Positions 50,338-62,872 of a DNA stretch of 64,000 nucleotides are shown here, piece by piece. A program made the translations under genes and the position numbers. The notes under the pieces are model-generated. The model ran no database searches. It saw nothing but the letters and a program-made list of their open reading frames with translations, and was not told the origin of the DNA. The DNA comes from Haliotis rubra (lineage: Eukaryota), in assembly GCF_003918875.1 (NCBI RefSeq), contig NW_025766964.1, forward strand, positions 1-64,000, read 5' to 3'. Numbering within the stretch: the first letter of the stretch is position 1; each line of letters opens with the position of its first letter.

Positions 50338-51065
50338 TTCATGGTCTCTCCAAAGTGGAATGCTGTATCACTTTTGCTGTTGATGCCATCAGGTTACAAA
50401 CTCTGCCACTACTGAGATAAAGTACAGAGTGGTATTAAATCAAACATTCTTGCTCAATCATGACCACTGTTGGGTTTGAAAGGGTTTGGTTAATGCAATA
50501 CCTGAAGGTATGAAAGATACCAAACAACTTTCAGTGTAATACCTTTTTTATTAAACAAGTTCTTGAACTCTTTTGCTTCTTTGATACCAAATCTATCACT
50601 AGTTTAATAAAAATGGTATTTCACAGAAGCCAGTTTAGTATTCTGTTTATTACTCTCAAACATAAATTGATAGTAACTGCCTACAGTGTGAGATTCTTGA
50701 GAGGCATTTAGAAGTTTGTGAATATATAAGACAAGTATATGGATGGCAACTTGTTGTTTATTGTATATCACAACGTTTCTGGGCTACTACTTGTTTATTG
50801 TATATCACAACGTTTCTGGGCTACTTCTTGCCCCTTACCAGATTTACAGATATGTACATGTATATGCAATCAACCCCAGAGAATCGATCAAAAGCAGTTA
50901 TAAAAACAATGATAATTGAATAAGGTAAAGCCAGTTTGATACAAATAATGAGGATAAAGAGATGTACGGCTAATTAAGTGACAATTAGATTTACAGGATG
51001 CCAGAGATGTAAAAAACAATCCTTTAATTCTGGTATATATAGTTTGCTTTCAACATCTGTCTTTA

Positions 51066-51107
51066 ATCACCTGAGGAAGGGTCAAGAAGTAGCCCAGAAA
51101 CGTGATA
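51066..51107 (+). ncRNA. Minimal type-I hammerhead ribozyme motif (Penelope type), probably damaged
   Basis: ATCAC-CTGAGGA-AGGG..CCCA-GAAAC-GTGAT; 3 nt shorter at stem III than the opposite arm (GAAACGTTGTGAT). Confidence 0.55.
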
Positions 51108-51115
51108 TACAATAA

Positions 51116-51382
51116 CAGTGTAGGAAAGATAGCCCGTCCCAACGTCCGAGACGGGTGAATTTTGTGGAGGACGGGTTAAAAAAATATCTAGTCCGTCCTC
51201 ATGTTGGGTCAATTTTAGCAAACCAATGACATATATATAATGATTATAACCTTTTTGAATATTTACTGCCGAAGGTGTTTTATTTATATTTGGAGGACAG
51301 GCTAGATTTTGGCAGGACTGGTAAAAAATTTGACCTGCCAGTCCTGTGGACAGACTAGATTTTCTACATCTTTCCTACACTG
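51116..51382. mobile_element. CAG-terminal MITE nested in the Penelope-like arm
   Basis: 15-bp TIR CAGTGTAGGAAAGAT; 7-bp TSD ACAATAA. Confidence 0.92.
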
Positions 51383-52390
51383 ACAATAATCAAGAAGTTG
51401 CCATCCATATACTTGTGTAATGCCTCTACAGTGTGATGACTCCGCTTTCTGCGAGTCATGCAAGGTCTAATACCATTGTGACCCAGGTATTTGCATTGTG
51501 ACGTCATAACTAAACTATTATGACATAAGTCAAGCAGTATTCCACTAGTGTCATAAAATATTACACTGCAGTATCTTCCACGGGCAAGTAATAAACACGA
51601 ATATTACGTGAATACAAGTTTCCCGACATCTTAAAAACAGTTCATCATTCATGTGAAAAAATATTGATTGGCATACAGGAGTAAATTTTATGAAATCTAT
51701 CCAACCACTTCACTCTTTACTTTGCACCACCAGTGTAAATGTTTGAAGTATTCAGGAGATGAGTGAAATTCTTGAGCTCCTTTATTAATTAATGTGTAAT
51801 AATACCTCAGTTCTGTCATTAATCCTCAAAACAAGCTGGCACTCACTGGGTGGAGGTTATCCAGAACAGTTTCCAAGAAAGAACAAAATATCAGATGCAT
51901 GAATAGAATGATTTAATAAATCAAACACACCACGTGCAATTACAACAGTGCAATACAAACAAATGTGCGACTTTTTTTAAAATTACTTGGCAAGACTGTT
52001 GCTTGAGAATATGGCCAGTGAGACTTTTGTGTTATCTTCCAATGGCTTATCTAAGAGTGAATTGATGACCAATCTTATCACAACATGTGTCATTGCATAA
52101 CTTGATTAAGCATTGATGAATACTGGGTGAAACCCCACTTTTTTAATATCACTAAATGCAATAGAAATTGATCCTAAAACTTATGTGCGACAAATAAGCA
52201 GAACGTGATATCACAATGTGGCTTACAAGTCAATTTGCAAGATAGTGAGATTTCAAAAATGTCCATGAAAATTCCACATGGATTTCAAGAATGTTTTTGT
52301 TATCTAATCTGGCTGTACAGGATGACTTTGACCAAGACCAGTTGAGATCTTGGAACGAATATGAAAATTGGACTGTTGATCAATGAAATA

Positions 52391-52515
52391 GTGAGTGAGT
52401 GAGTTTAGTTTTACGCCACACTCGGCAATATTCCAGCTGTGTGGCGGCGGTTTGTCAATAATCGAGTCTGGACCAGACAATCCAGTGATCAAGAGCATGA
52501 GCATCGATCTGCGAA
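52391..52515 (-). mobile_element. Family B retroposon, 5'-truncated
   Basis: Tail and 3' body. Confidence 0.85.
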
Positions 52516-53032
52516 ACTGATGATCAAGAAAATAACCCGAAGCAGCGGCTTCGCAATGAGAGCTGCATTAACACCTTCACCAGTTCAAGAACTGGTCATC
52601 AGCTTAAGACAGTGCTCACTTAATCTCTGTCCCAAGGGGGACAATGAAAGTGAATGTTACGTTTAGTCTGTCAGTAATAATCATGTAATGTTGAATGAAC
52701 AAGGAATACCATTTGATCAACCAGACCACCATAACATCATCTTTTGGGAAATCCCAGAGATGAACATTTTTCACAGATTCTCATTATTCATATTGTCCAG
52801 GGTCACCTTTTCTGCGAATACACAATATAAATATATATCACGAAGTCCGCAGGATCCTAGCTCAGAATTGCTACCAATGTCTTTTAATACAAGTCAACTC
52901 GGGGATAGGTTGGTCAGGCACTTTGACGTAGTTGTTTCCATGTGGCTATACCCTCATGCCACGGAATGTCGTCTTAGCCAGATCATGTGGCAGGAGTTAG
53001 CTCAGTGTGACTGTACAACTGTACGACTGTAC

Positions 53033-53186
53033 AGTTTGGTTTTACGCCACTTTTAGAAATATTCCAGCAACATCACGGCGGGGGACACCAGAAATGGGCT
53101 TCACACATTGTACCCATGTGGGGATTCGAACCCGGGTCTTCGGCGTGACGAGCCAACGCTTTAACCCTTAGGCTACCCCACCGCCC
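53033..53186 (-). mobile_element. Family A SINE
   Basis: Near consensus; GTGACTGTACA on both sides. Confidence 0.92.
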
Positions 53187-54428
53187 GTGACTGTACAAGC
53201 AAGTGGGTGGCATATTGTGACGTTTAGGTTACTGGGCTCCAGTCAGGACCCAGAACAAAAACAGGGATATGGGAAACCAAGACATTCCACCTTGTATCAG
53301 TTTATGGTGCCCTGTGTTCCTGTACCAAGGGTGCTCAATAAGCATGTTCTTCAAAATTAAACAAATATGGTGACATGTTCAGTTGAAAACTAGAATAAAA
53401 AAGAAATGTAATATCTATAGTGCTGAGCATGTCCTTTGCTCTGATGTCACATTTGTTCTGTACATATTGTACATTTAAGTATACAATAGATTCTATCCCA
53501 AATGCCTCACCTCTTATTTCATTGTACTTATGTACTAACAGATGAGAAATGTGTTTTCCCTTCACTCCTAACGTGATGAAACTCATTGTAGACATGTTTT
53601 TAGTGCATACAGTCATTCTTTCATGAATCAAATCCATCCCCAACCAAAGAATTATGCTTGTATAAATTATATCAATTGACTTACAAATATGTAATCCTTA
53701 TATAAATCACATCTATGACCTACCAGTCGCTACAGAGTCCCGGTACCAGTCATGTTTACATGGATCACATCCTTCCTCTACAAAACAAATATTTTTCTAT
53801 AAATCACATCTACTGAATCAAATGGCCATATGAACCACATCCACTGACAACCAAACAAGTCTTGCTTACATGAATCACATCCACTGACAACCAAACAAGT
53901 CTTGCTTACATGAATCACATCCACTGACAACCAAACAAGTCTTGCTTACATGAATCACATCCATTGACAACCAAACAAGTCTTGCTTACATGAATCACAT
54001 CCATTGACAACCAAACAAGTCTTGCTTACATCATCACGATATGGCTGAAATATTGCCGATGTGACGTTAAATAATAATAATAATAATAATAATAACTCAC
54101 TGCTTACATGAATCACATCCATTGACAACCAAACAAGTCTTGCTTCTATGAATCGCATCCAGAGGGATGCGAAATATTTGTTGTACCGACATGCATCATT
54201 TCATCCATCCATCCACATGATCAATAATTTACTCCAAGCTCTAAAGAAATTATCAAAGAGTACAGTTCGTGACATAGTTGCTTCACAGGCCCCTCACACT
54301 GCCTGCAACTAATAATTGTGGGTCCCCGGGACCACCATGTTTGTAAAACCCTGTTGTATGAACCCATGGACTACAGATAAGTTGTCCTCACATAAATCAC
54401 CTCAATCACCTACCAAACTGTCTTCCTG

Positions 54429-54580
54429 TGAGTGAGTTTAGTTCTATACCGCTTTTAGCAATATTTCAGCAATATTACAGTGGGGGACACCAGAATTTGG
54501 CTTCACATATTGAACCCAAATGGGGAATCTAACCCCGGTCTTTGGCATGACAAGCGAACGCTTTAACCACTAGGACTACC
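54429..54580 (-). mobile_element. Family A SINE
   Basis: Reverse complement of consensus. Confidence 0.88.
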
Positions 54581-54600
54581 AAGCAGTCATGTTTATATGA

Positions 54601-54765
54601 CTGACTGAATGAGTTTGGTTTTACGCCGCTTTTAGCAATATTCCAGCAACATCACGGCTGGGGACACCAGAAATAGGCTTCACACATTGTACCCATGTGG
54701 GGATTCGAACCCGGGTCTTCGGCGTGACAAGCCAACGCTTTAACCACTAGGCTACCGCACCGCCC
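54601..54765 (-). mobile_element. Family A SINE
   Basis: 11-bp TSD TGTTTATATGA. Confidence 0.92.
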
Positions 54766-55189
54766 TGTTTATATGAACAACATCTACCAAACAGTCATAG
54801 TTCTAAGATTCACATCTACTAAACTGTCAAGCTTGTATGAATCATATCCATGGACTACCAAACAGTTATACTTATATGAATCACATCTACCAAACAGTCA
54901 CAGTTACATGATCCACATCTACAAAGTAGTCCTAGCTATATTCACATCTAGCAAACAGTCATGTTTATATGAACCATATCGATCACCCACCAAATGGTCA
55001 AGCTTAAATGAATAGCAATTGTCAACATTTCATGTACAGCTGTCTTAAATAGTCTGTTGGAGAAGAAAAACAAAAAAAACTAAATGCCTCCTGCCTCCCA
55101 CACTTATTACTGTGACGTTTATTCATTTATAGTGACGACTTCAGAATTTTCAGATTTGACCGCTGCAAGCTCTGGCCATGGCAATTTCC

Positions 55190-55325
55190 TTAAGTGGCAT
55201 CTAGAAGCTGGTGTGATGAAGTGGAACACTTTTTATGGATAGACAACTTCTTTGTTGCAGTAGTAGTTGCGACGTTTCGGTGCAGATCCTAACACCATAG
55301 TCCATAAAAAGTGTTCTACTTCATG
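55190..55325. mobile_element. Penelope-like pLTR remnant with a partial inverted arm
   Basis: ATGAAGTGGAACACTTTTTATGGA inverted as TCCATAAAAAGTGTTCTACTTCAT; ACGTTTCG motif; similar to 18270. Confidence 0.55.
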
Positions 55326-56013
55326 GTAAGACACATGGAGTTTGCAAATGTTTTCAGGGAGAAGGCAGCAGCAGAGATGATATCATCATGGGTTCACAAC
55401 TCCAGAACAAGTAGCGGAGAATGGATGTACACCATTTTTATCAATATCAGGACAAGGGACAAAAGAAATTGACATAACACATTGTACCAGTGTTGGGAAT
55501 CAAACCTGAATCTTTGCCATGATAAACTAACACTTTAACCACTAGCTTACCCTACTGCCCCCCACTATCCCCAGAACCTTCTGTCATCAGCCATATAGAA
55601 TTACACGGAATGCCCTGGACCATATTTCCACCATTAAACAGTAACAAACACCCTGTTCCAAAATAGCACCTCCTGGCCAGATTCTAGAACATTCTGTACG
55701 TAATCTCAGTAAGCAGCTGCCAAAAAACAATTAAACTGTAAAAGATCTGTGACTTCCTGTGCATAATACAATCATTTTCACAATAACCACAACTGTGTAG
55801 AAAGGGTGTCTCATCCAGTAGCTATTGTAGAAAATGTTTTCGACACTCCATTCATAATTGATAAAATCTTTAAAATTCACAAAACTGACAATGTAAATGC
55901 AATATATCATGATGTTAACAGAAGTATCACAACTAGTTTTGACTGTCACAAAAAGAAGACAAAAGATGGCTGCCTATCTGTGGTACTATGTACCTGTACA
56001 TTTGAACATAAAA

Positions 56014-56337
56014 GGCCAGACCAATATTATTTCTTGTTTTAAAGATCCGCCTGCCATATTTTTTCAAGAATAAGAAAAAAAATATAAATTAATTTTCCAC
56101 GCTCAAAAAATAAAATCCTACTGTTTTGATTGGCCAAAAATGTAAAACTTACAAGAACCTTTTTTTAAATTGTTTTTTGCCCTATATCCACTTCATATGT
56201 TGCCAGAAGTAGAAAACTTTAAATATTTCAAAGGAATATTACTTTGACTGGTGATTTTTTTATTTATCTTTTTTCTCCTGCCTTTAGGTTTTCTGAGGAC
56301 AAAAGTCTGTAAAACAAGAAATATAATTTGTCTGGCC
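56014..56337. mobile_element. PIF/Harbinger-type MITE
   Basis: Sister of 38919-39240. Confidence 0.88.
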
Positions 56338-56814
56338 TAAACATAAAAATATTGATTCTTAGGCTGATATCAGAGTCGACCCCATATTGCTCTTGTAAAG
56401 TAAGTTAAAAGTTCTTTAATCAAGTCATATAAAAAGAAATTACATAAAAAATATAATAACTATACATTGTTTTATTGTTAAGTATTGCAATCAATGCTGC
56501 TATAAGAACAAACAATCTCAACAAACATTTTTCTGAAATTCTGATTCTCAAATGAAGTTTCATCACAACCATACTTATTCTCTTACATTTACAGAAAAGG
56601 TGTGAGAGGGACCCTGAAAATTATTTTCTTTCAGCAACAGTTTCATAATTAAATGAATAAGAACATTGAATACAAGCCACAATTATGGGTTTGGTGCAGA
56701 CTAAACAAAGGTCATATTCAGGATGAATCTGGGAATAAAATCCAGGCTAAGGGATGCAACTCCACACATCTAATGGTGGCACTTTAGACAACTGGGGTCA
56801 TCTTTCTAGCAGTT

Positions 56815-57061
56815 ATCTGTAAAAGTCCAGGTTAGAATGGATGTTCAGTAACCCATGCTTGTTGTAAGAGGCAACTAACAGGATCAGGTGGTCAGGTTCA
56901 CTGACTTGGTTGACACATGTCATCGTATCCCATTTGCGTAGATCGGTGTTCATGCTGTTGATCACTGGATTGTCTGGTCCAGACTCGATTTTATTTACAG
57001 ACCGCCCCCATATAGCTGGAATATTGCTGAGTGTGGCATACAACTAAACTCACTCAGTCAC
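56815..57061 (+). mobile_element. Family B retroposon, full length
   Basis: 13-bp TSD TCTTTCTAGCAGT at 56801-56813 and 57062-57074. Confidence 0.92.
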
Positions 57062-57164
57062 TCTTTCTAGCAGTACATCACTGTGTAATCTAACTGTACT
57101 GGAGCTACAGAATATTAGTTACATGGTAATACAAACACACACTATTTTTAATATTTCTCACAGC

Positions 57165-57402
57165 TGGTGGAGGTGTGTGGTCCTGTGCATAGAGCTCAGG
57201 TCACAAGTCAGTTGCAGTTAAGCAACATTGGGCGCGAACAGTCCTTGGATGGGTGACCATGTTTGGCAGCTTGTCTCCTGGGAGATTCTAGGACTTCAGA
57301 GCTGCCCGGCAACGAAGAACATGTGATACATGTCGTCTCACCTTAGGCAAGTGAGTTTGTTCAAACTTGCCTCCAGTGGGATAAGACATGTGACTATCAA
57401 CC
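57165..57402 (+). mobile_element. Probable SINE containing a 5S rRNA-derived segment
   Basis: GCAGTTAAGCAACATTGGGCGCGAACAGTCCTTGGATGGGTGACC (57214-57258) resembles the 5S box A / IE / box C region; boundaries uncertain. Confidence 0.55.
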
Positions 57403-57761
57403 TTCTAGCACCTCACAGGCAGCTTGGGTTATCCGGGGTAATAATAATCAGATTGTGCGCTTTGAGCATCCTCATAACTTGTGCGCTTTGAACAGGATAT
57501 GAAGCCTGAAAAGACGTTTTAAATATTCTTCTTTCTTCTTCACAGCTGCTATCGACAGTAAACGAATGCCATAAAAGGCACATGCTTGTGCGTCTGCTGC
57601 TTGTAAACACATACTCGGACATATTCCAGCTACTTGACAACATCCTGTACTTAATCAAGTCTTGACTGGTCAAGTGACTGATACTTTTAGCAACGATCCA
57701 TGTCATCACTGTACCAACACACAATCAACCAAGTCATCAACTGTAACCACCTGAATGATTA

Positions 57762-58035
57762 CCATATTTCCTCTAATAAGCGCCCAAACGCTCATTTTTT
57801 CAGTTGACTTCCAGACTCGGTGCTTTATAGAGACCCAGTGCTTATTGCGCTTACGACAACATAATATCCATGTGGAGGACAGAAAGTTATGACAAAAGGG
57901 ACCATTCCTGAATAAATCTATTTTTGGATCAAGGGAGAATACTTTTATAATAAACTTACCCGGTGCTTATTAGAGACCCGGCGCTTATTTCTTAAACCGC
58001 TGCTTTATCCCTAGAGCTTATTAGAGGAAATATAG
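57762..58035. mobile_element. Tc1/mariner-pogo type MITE
   Basis: TA|CCATATTTCCTCTAATAAGC...GCTTATTAGAGGAAATATAG|TA. Confidence 0.88.
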
Positions 58036-58138
58036 TACACTGCCAGCATAGCTTGCTGGGAACCAATTATTCTGTCCAACAGCCTCTGAACCACATTCAT
58101 ATCCCTTAGACCTTCGAATGTAATGCCATAGCCCTAAA

Positions 58139-58285
58139 TGAGTGAGTGGGTTTAGATTAAGCCGCTATTAGCAACATTCCATCAATATCATGATGGGGAC
58201 ACCAGAAATGGCTTCACACATTGTACCCATGTGGGGAATGGAACCAGGTCTTCAGCATGACGAGTGAACTCTTTAACCACTAGCC
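58139..58285 (-). mobile_element. Family A SINE
   Basis: Diverged reverse complement. Confidence 0.82.
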
Positions 58286-58530
58286 CAAAATGAATCATGT
58301 TCATATTTTCCACATGTCCTGCATATCCCTTCTTACTGGGTCTCATTTTCAGTTCAAATGTATTTGCTGGTTTCAATCAAAGTTATTATTGGATTATGTC
58401 TTCAGACATCCTAGTTGTAACACGGCATAGACATCACAGAGACAATGATGGCTTGTTGTTTAGATAAAGTTGTGTAAAAATGTTTACAACTGTTCATTTA
58501 ATTAGCAAGAAAGCTACAAATAGTCCTTAA

Positions 58531-58850
58531 GGCCAGACCAACTTTATTTCTAATTTTACGGATCTGCCGGTGGTATTTTTTTCAAGAAACATACAAAAAT
58601 ACAAATTAATTTTCCCCGCTCAAAAAATAAAATCCTAATGTTTTTATTGGCCAAAAATGTAAACTTACAAGAAAATTTTCTTTGATTGTCTTTTGCCCCA
58701 AATACACTTGATAAATTGTCAACAGTAAAATACTTTTCGTATTTAAAAGAAGTATTACTTTGCTAGGGGGTTTTCTGGGTTTTTTCCCTTACTGCCTTTG
58801 GGTTTTCTGATGACAAAAATCTGTAAAATATGAAATAAATTGGTCTGGCC
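58531..58850. mobile_element. PIF/Harbinger-type MITE
   Basis: Sister of 38919-39240. Confidence 0.88.
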
Positions 58851-59387
58851 CAAGCATTAAAATGTCTGTTATACAAGGATGTATATCTTCAGAGACTATG
58901 CATGAGTCTGAGCACCAAATGTAATCCAAACTTTGAGCACAAAGTAACAAATCCCTGATAATTCTAAAATTCCAAAGTCCTGACTATTCCCAGAAAGAAC
59001 AAAGAAATTATGAGGTTTTCACAATTCCAATATGAAACATTTACTAGTATGCACCATTGAGGATGTTTAAAAATACCACTATATATATATAAATACATGT
59101 ATATATATTACAAGGTACAATATGTTTAAGGGCCTGAAGCATACCAGGTACTTGAATGAAAGTACTTTTTCATCGTTGATAAAAATATGCTTGTGTTCAC
59201 ATATAACATGTAAGAAACATATTCATAAACACATGTTGGAAAAATATTTATACAAATGTCAGATACACAATCATGATGACACGTCAGTTATATATTCATT
59301 ATCAAATGTCGTCATAAACAAAAAAATCATTTAAAATTCAAAAACAGATATCCGGAAATGATCACTGACGAAGGCAAATACTCATTA

Positions 59388-59628
59388 CAGGGGTGGAAAT
59401 AACCCATTGCCCGACGTCCGAGTCCAGTGTTTTTTCCAGTCAGGCAAGCAAATTTGTATATCACGCTGTACCAATGTCCAGTTGAATTTGCAATGTTAAT
59501 TATGTTGTTTATTTAAAAAATCAACAAGAAAATCGGCCGGTATAGAGGAATAATTATCAGGGCAAGTGATTTTACATGTGCCACTGTTCCGGTGTACACT
59601 AGCAATTTTAAAGTTATTTCCACCCCTG
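59388..59628. mobile_element. hAT-like MITE
   Basis: Perfect 16-bp TIR CAGGGGTGGAAATAAC; 5-bp TSD CATTA. Confidence 0.92.
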
Positions 59629-60422
59629 CATTACATATGAAATACAGACAGTTCACGTGGAAATTCCTTTTTGCAATAACCTGCCACATCAGGCATGTTA
59701 TGAAAATATAATTTACATAAGAAATAGAAACAGAATTGTACATTTAATATCATGCATCTAAATGTTCTTTCTGCAAATGACTGGATTATCAAGTTTGGGT
59801 TCACATTTAAAGGGTAAGTTTCAACTCATTCTTAAATTTTGAGGCTACAAATTGAGTTTGAGACCAACAGGAGCTGAACAATTGGAATGAATGCACTAAG
59901 GAAGGATAACAATATACGCATAAACAACTTCTATATTACAGGGAGAGCAACATTTCAGTAAAGGTTCTAACACTATTGTCAAGCAAGTGATGACATCGAA
60001 ACCTTCACCGAAACATGGCTCTCAATGTAATAAAGAAGTTGTTCATCCATTGTTCGACTTCAAAATGTCTCTCAAACAAGGAATGAAAGCAGTAAGAATT
60101 TGCAAGGTCTGGACTATGAGTTTGACACAACCATGGATTAAACACATTTCTGTTTCAGAAAACAGGGCTTAACTGTAACTTCATAAAGTCATGCTAAGAA
60201 GTGTGATTTTTAGGTTTGGGCACAACATTGATTTCATTGATAGATTTCAACCCTTAAATATCTGTGTAAACAGATTAGGAAAAGAGTTCCTAATTCATGT
60301 GTTAAAAGCCAAATTGGTTAAGTTAAATGCCATTGCTGAAAATACAATGGTAAACACAATAAAACAAAATACAAAATAATACAAATACTGAACTAACAAC
60401 TGGATTAACAATCACTCAAGTA

Positions 60423-60584
60423 GTGAGTGAGTTTAGTTTGATGCCACTTTTAGCAATATTCCAGCAATATCATGGCAGGGGACACCAGAAACGGGCTTCA
60501 CACAATGTGCCCATGTGGGGAATCGAACACGGGTCTTCGGCGTGACGAGCGAACACCCTAACCACTAGGCTATGCCAACCCCCC
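60423..60584 (-). mobile_element. Family A SINE
   Basis: TSD AATCACTCAAGT. Confidence 0.92.
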
Positions 60585-61014
60585 TAATCACTCAAGTGAA
60601 GTCCATTAAAGGTAAAAAATAATTAAGGAACTACACATCTATCAAGTCTAATAAATATGATCAACATGAACAGTTGCAATTCATCAGATAAAAAACATTT
60701 CACTTAACATTTTGTAAAAATATTTCAAAACATGCTGTGGAAAAGTTGTGCAAATACATCATGGGAAACATTTAAAGTTTTTGTGTATTGGATAAAGTAT
60801 ATCATCATAAAACATTTGTTTTTTAACTTTGAAGAATAATATATTGTGACGATTACTGTGGTGAAAAAGAAAAATTGCATTAGATATAAGAAAATTAGTG
60901 GGTTTTCTGAACTATGTTTCACTTTATAATATTGCTGTTGAAATTATTTGTCCTTTTGTTACATCCCTCTTGATCCATGTTGATGGAATCCATGAAATAT
61001 CAAGAACCTTTGAA

Positions 61015-61249
61015 TCAGAGATCTGATGAAAATATGTAGTTGAGCACATGTTTTAGTTCATCATCAATATGAGGATGCCAGATGTCAATCATTAAGACAG
61101 CTCGTATTCCTTCTTCCCTCGATCCTTTGTGAATTACAGAGTGAGAGAAGGAATTGTTATCTTGTTAACATTGCCTTCTGTGTATGTTCTTTCTTCTTTG
61201 ACCACCAAGTCAGGGGAACCAGGTATGGAACAAAGGGTTTGGTTTTAAC
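61015..61249 (-). CDS. ASPHD2: ASPHD2-like terminal exon; 5' third disrupted in this sequence
   Basis: SFSHSVIHKGSREEGIRAVLMIDIWHPHIDDELKHVLNYIFSSDL* matches the family C-terminus; LVVKEERTYTEGNV lies in another frame. Confidence 0.75.
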
Positions 61250-61464
61250 CTTTGCAAGTGGCAAGTTTATGCAAGCAAGTATAAAATTTGGCAGCTTTAT
61301 TTGTTAAGGTCTCATGATGTAAATACAGTGTTACAAACCATTTTTATTTTTTATTTTGATATTGTTTACAGTGAGGTGTTAAATGTTTGTTATCAAAGTC
61401 TCAGTTAAAAGTAGGAAGTTCATTCAGATGTATTTCAAAATAAAGTTTAGTACTTATGATTATG

Positions 61465-61843
61465 CAGTGTTTGCCATGACGCAGAAAAACCTGCGTATTT
61501 GACTCACAAATTATCTCAAATACGCAGTGAATTTATAAGCTCGCGTCATTGTTGAGGCAATGCTCGACCTGGGCTGTTAGTTCAGATAACTTTACTTTAG
61601 TTTAAGTTTGAGTACATATTGTAATTTATTGTTGTTTAAAACTACTAAGTTTAATGTTTGCCAGTTAACTGCTCAGTGCTGATTAAATACCTGACCTGCC
61701 TTACTTGGACCTGTTGTTATTAAACAATAACAGTTGATCTCTTGATGAAAGAAGTTGACTCCCAAAAACATGTCCATGACTCCCTCTCATGACACCAGGG
61801 AGTCATGATGACTCCTAAATTTTTATGCCTAGGGCAAACACTG
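61465..61843. mobile_element. CAG-terminal MITE in the ASPHD2 intron
   Basis: TIR CAGTGTTTGCC; TSD ATTATG (6 bp, or GATTATGC 8 bp if the terminal base pair is excluded). Confidence 0.88.
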
Positions 61844-61979
61844 ATTATGCAATTGATCTTGCTTGTAATCAGTTTTGTAATATATGTATATATTGTAATA
61901 TGATATCTCTCAAGTCACATTTGTATGTCTTTTAGTCCTTAATATATCTGAAGAAGTGGAAACAGAGTTTAGTGTTATA

Positions 61980-62590
61980 TGGATCGGAATAAAATGATCA
62001 GGTGGTCAGGTACTGACTTGTTCAGCATCGGAAAAATTTGTATGTGCTTTGTTGATTACTAGATTGTTGGTCCAGCCACAGATCACACTAAAGAGTTTAC
62101 AGACTGCCACCAGTTGAATATATTGAAGAGTGCAGTTAAAGCTAAACTCACTCATTCAATCACTTACTACTTATGGAGGAATAAACATAACAGTGGTGTG
62201 CACACTTAAACTGCAGTGCAGATGATATGTGTCATAGTAAACTACCAATTAGCTCATTATAATGTCACGTCCTTCATCGTAAATTGTTGTTGTGGCTTAG
62301 GCAGGTACATGTTAGCCACAATGGCAACCTCTAACTCTAACTACTCTGGTCATGCTAGGTGAATTGAAATCTTGGTGTTTGTTGTGTAAGACCATACTCA
62401 GCCTGATGGCAAGGTCTGTAAATAATTGTGTAAGGACCAGACAATCCAGTGATGACATCATCAGAACCACGTAACATGGATATGATGACATGCAACAAGC
62501 CAAGTCACCTAGTCTCATCCATGATCCATCTAGATGCCTCTTACAAGAAGCTTAGACAACTGGGGACCAATATTATCACCTGGAATCACT
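61980..62590. mobile_element. Two old family B copies (+ ~61980-62165, - ~62370-62590)
   Basis: GGTGGTCAGG, GACCAGACAATCCAGTGAT and GCCTCTTAC blocks. Confidence 0.65.
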
Positions 62591-62872
62591 TCAGACAAAA
62601 AACACAATCAGTCAGCACCAGTTAATTACTGACTTCCCAGTTCCCTTGTTAAATGCATACCATTGTTACCTTATCACTATTGTTGTTTCACATGTTCCTC
62701 ATAAAAAAGAAGTTTCCATAGATTTTCACCTTTTATGAGTATCACTTTAAAATGCCGTTCAAAGACTTCACTACAGTTCATAATCATGATAATATATTTA
62801 GTGCACATCCTATAAATATGTTCTTTAAGTCACAAATTCCAAGATGCCTGGCTTGGCAGAAAATATACAAAC

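Larger units (their letters stand above)
50692..51425. mobile_element. Non-coding Penelope-like element with inverted hammerhead-bearing arms
   Basis: Arms 50700-50841 and 51070-51425 are reverse complements; CTGAGGA...GAAAC core; direct repeat CTACAGTGTGA at 50681-50691 and 51426-51436. Confidence 0.7.
53700..55010. repeat. 40-bp tandem array (ATGAATCACATCCACTGACAACCAAACAAGTCTTGCTTAC), homogeneous 53830-54160 and degenerate outside
   Basis: Period 53871 to 53911; interrupted by three retroposon insertions. Confidence 0.88.

Noticed and set aside
59368-59382. CTGACGA hammerhead core
   Set aside because: No matching stem II or GAAA downstream
62784-62872. C-terminus of the 282-aa ORF as coding
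   Set aside because: Homology ends at the GT donor after CHIG; the remainder is intron read-through
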